A stretch of DNA of 64,000 nt from Oikopleura dioica (Eukaryota; Animalia; Chordata). This document shows positions 59,164 to 64,000 of the stretch, in pieces; within the stretch, counting starts at the first letter, position 1; each line of letters starts with the position of its first letter. The position numbers and the translations under genes were made by a program. The stretch spans positions 8,370,001 to 8,434,000 of the forward strand of contig OU015568.1 in NCBI GenBank assembly GCA_907165135.1. Direction: 5' to 3'. Below the pieces are notes generated by a model that searched no databases, was not told the origin of the DNA, and saw nothing but the letters and a program-made list of their open reading frames with translations.

Positions 59164-59551
59164 GCGGCATAAAAAGGCTTATTTTCACTGTACATACTCA
59201 GTTTTGGATATATAATCAATACAGAAATATATATATTTTAAAAACTCATGAGATTAAGAACTGTATTTTACAAAAAAAATTAAATACAGTTCTTAATCAA
59301 TTTGTCTCTTTAATTTGTCTCTCGGCGGCTCTGATGAAGCTGATTTTTTTTTTCTGGAATCTCGAGAATTGTTTTGGTCAATTAGCGGAGAATCATCAGT
59401 TTTGATAATTGAGCGTAAGCGAAGGGAAAGTCACGCACTTTCCCAGTTTTATGTGTTGTCGCTAAGCAACGAATTTTCTCAAATAAGGTATTAATTAGCT
59501 GCTTTTCTCGTAAACTACTGTTGAGATAGGTGCAGAAGAATAATTCGCCAT

Positions 59552-60547
59552 CAGAGTTCGAAATCTGAAAAGAAATAGCGACTGCCACTGCCAAGCGACT
59601 GCCAGCTTTTTTAAAATGGCGACTGCCACTGCCAAGTGACTGCCAGCCTTTTTTAAATTGCAACTGCCACTGCCAAGTGACTGCCGAAATCGGCAGCTGC
59701 CAGTTGACAGCAAAAAACTGCCGATTTCGATACTTTTTGTAAAATTTTTTAAAGTCAAACTAAGTTCAAAACAGTCGTTTTGACAAATTGGCAATATAAA
59801 AGAAACGTTATCATAAATAAAAATGTCTCTTTTGATAAGAAAAATGGGGGGGTACTGAATTGTGCCGCCCTGCGCCGCCCTGCGCCGCCTTGCGCCGCCC
59901 TGCGCCGCCCAGCGTCGCCCGGTCCGAAACCATCCGGCTCTCTTCCGCCCCAACCATGACCTAAGAAACAATCCTGAACAAGAGCGAGAGTTGGGCCCCG
60001 CCAACCCAATGAGTTCTCTACCAGAAAATGCGCGCGTAAGGGCCTCTGGCCCGTGGCGTGCTCAATTAATTAGTGATTTTATTCCAAAATCGGACTTCGG
60101 TTGAGAATTACTCTACTGGCACCCTAAATTATGGGTTTACCTTTTTTTAATTTTAAGACAATATAAATATGTCAAAATAACTAAGTTGACACGAAAATCT
60201 AAATTTCCCGCTTTTGAAAGACAAAATATCTTCGGATCCGGTAAGACCGGCCGACGCTGGGCGGCGCAGGGCGGCGCAGAGCGGCGCAGGGCGGCGCAGG
60301 GCGGCACAATTCAGTGTCTCCCGAAAAATGGAATAAAATAGGTCTCGGGAGCAAAATTTGGTCATTTACGCTATTTTTCTTTGTCATTCTAGAAAGAAAA
60401 ACTAATATCTTTTGAAGTGGCAGTCGGTTGGCAGCTGCCAGTAACTGCCAGTCCTTGAAAAGTGTAACTGCCACTGCCAAGTGACTGCCAAAATTGGCAG
60501 CTGCCAGTGGCAGTCGTGGCAGTACTGCCAGCAAATTTCGAACTCTG
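59552..60547. mobile_element. hAT MITE (996 bp) inserted at the STYXL1 start codon
   Basis: TIR CAGAGTTCGAAAT / ATTTCGAACTCTG; 8-bp TSD TTCGCCAT at 59544-59551 and 60548-60555; ACTGCC sub-repeats. Confidence 0.92.
59847..60322. mobile_element. Nested MITE with GC-rich (GCGCCGCCCT)n inverted arms
   Basis: ACTGAATTGTGCCGCCCTGCGCC inverted at both ends; GGG termini; direct repeat GAAAAATG(G) at 59839 and 60323. Confidence 0.75.
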
Positions 60548-60553
60548 TTCGCC

Positions 60554-61545
60554 ATGGCTGGGGTGGAATTTATATCAGTAACAGAGACTTACAATTTACT
60601 GAACGCGCAGGATACATGTGGGAGGCCAAGAGTAGCGGAGCCTAATTTTCTTTTACTCTTGGATACGAGGTCAGTTTTTTGGATTTTTATCGAGTGATAA
60701 TTGATTTTAAGATCGATTAAAGACTACCGAACAGCTCACATTAAATTCTCACAATATGTAAGACGCAATTCGGAAGAATTCCTCAAGCCAATGAATATAA
60801 ATGTAAGCTGGAATTGGTAAGATGAGTAAAGCATTATTTTTTTCATAGATAGACTGTATCGAAAATATCATAATTCTCGACGAAGATTCAAAATCAAGCA
60901 CAGGCGCGAAGGATCAGATAAAGAAGCTCGCTGAGAACTTTTCGGACTGGGGCTCAAGAAACAAAGTAAAAATACTCGACGGAGGATATCGCGGATTCAC
61001 GAAAAAGTACTCGTTTCTCGCAACGTTTTCTCCGAATTTGACAAGAAGAAAAGTCCAAGAAAACATTTTGGTAAGAGAAAATTTCTAGCGAGAGCACCTT
61101 CAAAATCGTCTTTCAGACAATGCCTCTCGAGCTATCAGATAAAACATTCGTCGGATCACAAGAGCAAGTAACGAAAGAAAATCTTCACAATCTCAAAATT
61201 GACAAAATCATCATCGCAGAATCGTCAGCAAACGAGTGCAATCTTCCAGACGCTCCTGAAATCGAAGACAAAATCATTCGCATAAATGGTAAGTCAAAAG
61301 AATCAATTCTAAATCTATCGAAAATGGTAGCAAATGAAATGAAGAGACAGTCCGTGGACAGCGTGAAAGACAAGCGAGTTTTGATCATTTGCAAAAAAGG
61401 AACTGAGTGGTCTCTCGTCCTTGGCGTACTGATGTTGAAAATGAGCTCTGGATCAAGTCGAGAAGCGTGCCTGGAGAAAGTGAAGCTGGTGGAACCCAAT
61501 TTCATCCTCGGAAAAGCACACTATGATATTATGAGTACTTTCTAA
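60554..61545 (+). CDS. STYXL1: MK-STYX pseudophosphatase (rhodanese + DSP-like domains)
   Basis: MAGVEFISVTETYNLLN...EPNFLLLLDTR resembles the STYXL1 N-terminus; ILDGGYRGF..KYSFL; DSP-like domain with degenerate P-loop. Confidence 0.8.
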
Positions 61546-61913
61546 CAAAATCCTCAAATCTGCTCAATTACGTTTTCTTTCCAATAAACACATTCAAACA
61601 TTTTCGACAACAAGGTTTTGCGAATCAGAATAATTTAATTTGGTGAGGCAGAAATATCCTCGGGTACAAAATGATTAATTTGGGGACGAAATAGAAAGTA
61701 AGTAGAAAAGTAGTTGAGAAAGGGGTTTCAACAGAAAATTGAAAGTTGGGCTAGAATGATTTTACAGTGAAAAGTGAGAAACGAAGATACAGTGGAGATT
61801 AGTCTTGCGGCTACTCACCCCTCACACTTCCACACATGAGAGGTCAGGAAAGTCTAATCGTCGCAATGCACTACTTTTCACACTCGAAGGAAAATCTTCT
61901 GGTGGTTAATAAA

Positions 61914-64000
61914 TTAGGCAGAGTCCAACAGGTCTTGATACTTGACATCTTTAGCCCTAGAAACAAAAGTAAACACTTCCTTATAATTTGAAATTGACCT
62001 GTTGTTGATCTTTTGCATGTCATCTGGTTTGTCATTGTCCGTGGCCTGTCCGTTCTTTTTGTCAGTGTCCGGTTCCCGCTCAGCTTCAAGAATTGCCGCG
62101 GCTGTAATACAAGAGTCGCAGTTAGAGACAACTCGCTCGTGGGATTTTTCAATGTTGACTAACTCAACTGCAGTGTCAACTGCAGCCTCGATCTTCACAG
62201 CGTTGTTGTTGTTCGTGTTTGGGTTGGTTTCCTCGAGTTCATATTCCTTTTCCATAGTGGCGGGCTCGACAATAGCGACGGTTTCGCCATTGAGGTCAAA
62301 GTCCTTGTCGTTGTTGTTGTTAGCGTTGGTGTTGTTGGAGGCGTTCTGGCCAAAGAGAGAAATGCTAACGTGGCATTCGGTCTTCTTGGCGCCAACTTTG
62401 GCAGTGTAGACACCAGCATCCTCTTCGCAGATTGTCTTCTTGATGATCAAGCGGCGGATATTACCGTCAGTGACAAATTCAACGTTGTCAGACTGCTTGA
62501 GTCGCTAAAAACGGAGTTAAAATTTGTTCGTTTTGTAAATTTGTTTACCTGTCCGTCCTTCTTCCAGTGAATGTTGTCGGTGTTGTTGGAATTAACTTCA
62601 ACTTCGAGCTCAAGAGAAGGAGCGGCGATCTCAACTTCCTTGAATGGAGGAAGTTTGGCCATGAAGACCTGCTTAGCAAGCTTTGCAGCAGCCTTGGCGG
62701 CCTCCTTGGCAGCTTCTTTCTCGGCGTTGTCGATTTGAGGACGCTTTCGCATCTCAAGAACGTAGTGCTCGACCTTGCCAGTCTTTGGAGCACCCCACTT
62801 AAGAGTAGCAGTAGATTCTCCAACTGCAAGGACCTCTGGTCGACCTGGTCGGCCAGGAACAGATTCGGGATCCTTGGCGACTTCAGGCTCAGAGGGCTCG
62901 GACCAGATACCAAGACCGGCCAAGTTCTCAGCACAGACGCGGAAGATGTAGTCACGGCCTTCTTTGAGGTTGGTGACCTTGAACATTCGCTTGCCAGATT
63001 CAATAGCCTTCTTGTTGATTCGGCTCCATCGGTTGGAGTTGGGCGAGGACATTTCGACCCAGTAGCCGGTGATTGGAGATCCACCATCCCATTCAGGCTC
63101 GGCCCATTTGATGGCCATACCGTTCTTAGAGATAGAAGTGTCCAAGACCTGTGGGGATCCATTTGCTCGGGCACTTCGAACAAGTAGCAAGCAACAATAG
63201 GAGCGGAAAGAGCACCGTCACCCATTCCGATGTCGTTTCGAGCAGAGACTCGGAACTCGTATTCGCGTCCTTCGACAAGTCGCTCGGCCACGTAAGAAGT
63301 GGCGTCGGGCTTAACGTCAGCGGACATCTTGCCCCAGACCTGTCGGCCGACTTCTCGCTTTTCAACGAGGTAGTTTCGGATAGGAGTTCCACCAGCATCC
63401 TTTGGCGCTTCCCAGATAAGCTTGCAGCTCTTCTTGGTGATATCAGTGATATCAAAGTTTTCTGGGATACCAGGTCGATCCATGACATTGACGGAAATGC
63501 GCTTTTCGGCCTTGCCGTTATCGTTCTCAGCAGTGATGATGTAAATACCACTGTCAGATCGGTTAAGGTCGTTCATCGTGAAGGTAGAGGACTTCTCAGT
63601 ATCCTTGATGCCGACTCGAGAGTCGACGGAAAGTGGGAAGCCATCCTTGACCCAAGAGATCTCAGGCTGAGGTTTACCCTGGATTTTGGCGGGCATGACC
63701 ATTCGGTTCTGAGTGACCTTGACGTCGAGGCCGTTTTCGGCACCTTCCCAAAGCTCGATTGATGGTGGAACCTTGTCCATCTCGACAGCAACCCATTCAG
63801 TTGGTTCGCATGGCTCGCCTGGGCCAGCTTCGGAGATGCACTTGACTCGGAATCGCCATTTGGACATGTACTCGAGTGGAGTAACGAGACATTCGGGCTT
63901 CTTGGATGGTTTTCCAGGGCTGAAGACTTGGTAGTAAATCTCTTCTTCCTTGAGCATCTCAACCATGTAACCACCAGAGGCAGTGACGGGGGCAGATGCT
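61914..64000 (-). CDS. 3' end of a titin/twitchin/IGFN1-like FN3-Ig repeat protein; apparent 1-bp frameshift at ~63155
   Basis: FN3-Ig-FN3-FN3-FN3(partial)-Ig motifs (WEAPKDAGGTPIRNYLVEKRE, GKPQPEISWVKDG, DSGIYIITAENDNG); continues beyond the window. Confidence 0.85.

Noticed and set aside
62567-63934. Long plus-strand ORFs opposite the titin-like gene (and similar shadows over SHARK, KNL1, TRAPPC10)
   Set aside because: Antisense shadow ORFs caused by codon bias, with no independent motifs.

Overview
Gene-dense AT-rich eukaryotic (animal) DNA. Many 40-50 bp introns, GA-AG and GC-AG introns and tightly packed co-oriented genes suggest a larvacean tunicate such as Oikopleura; this is inferred, not confirmed by search. 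About 20 host genes are recognisable: YRDC, POLR3E, TRAPPC10 (two antisense genes nested in its introns: a divergent syntaxin and an LRR-Ig receptor), a SHARK kinase, ADAT3, MRPS7, a J-domain gene, CHM/REP, a Cys-rich/FN3 receptor, a CUB receptor, KNL1, WDR46, TSSC4, ACP5, a DCDC2-like gene, STYXL1 and a titin-like gene, plus tRNA-Thr(AGT). Eleven cut-and-paste DNA transposon insertions with intact TIRs and TSDs are superimposed. Main observation: four sit inside coding exons (KNL1, WDR46, the J-domain gene, a small membrane protein), and each has TIR/TSD-derived splice sites that would restore the reading frame (introner-like). The KNL1 insertion is a ~0.5 kb CTAGG-terminated MITE that grew to 10.76 kb by three nested insertions, one an intact spliced MULE transposase element. 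Two unrelated elements carry the same hairpin minisatellite with the GAA loop on opposite strands. All exon structures were derived by hand and splicing is predicted, not observed.
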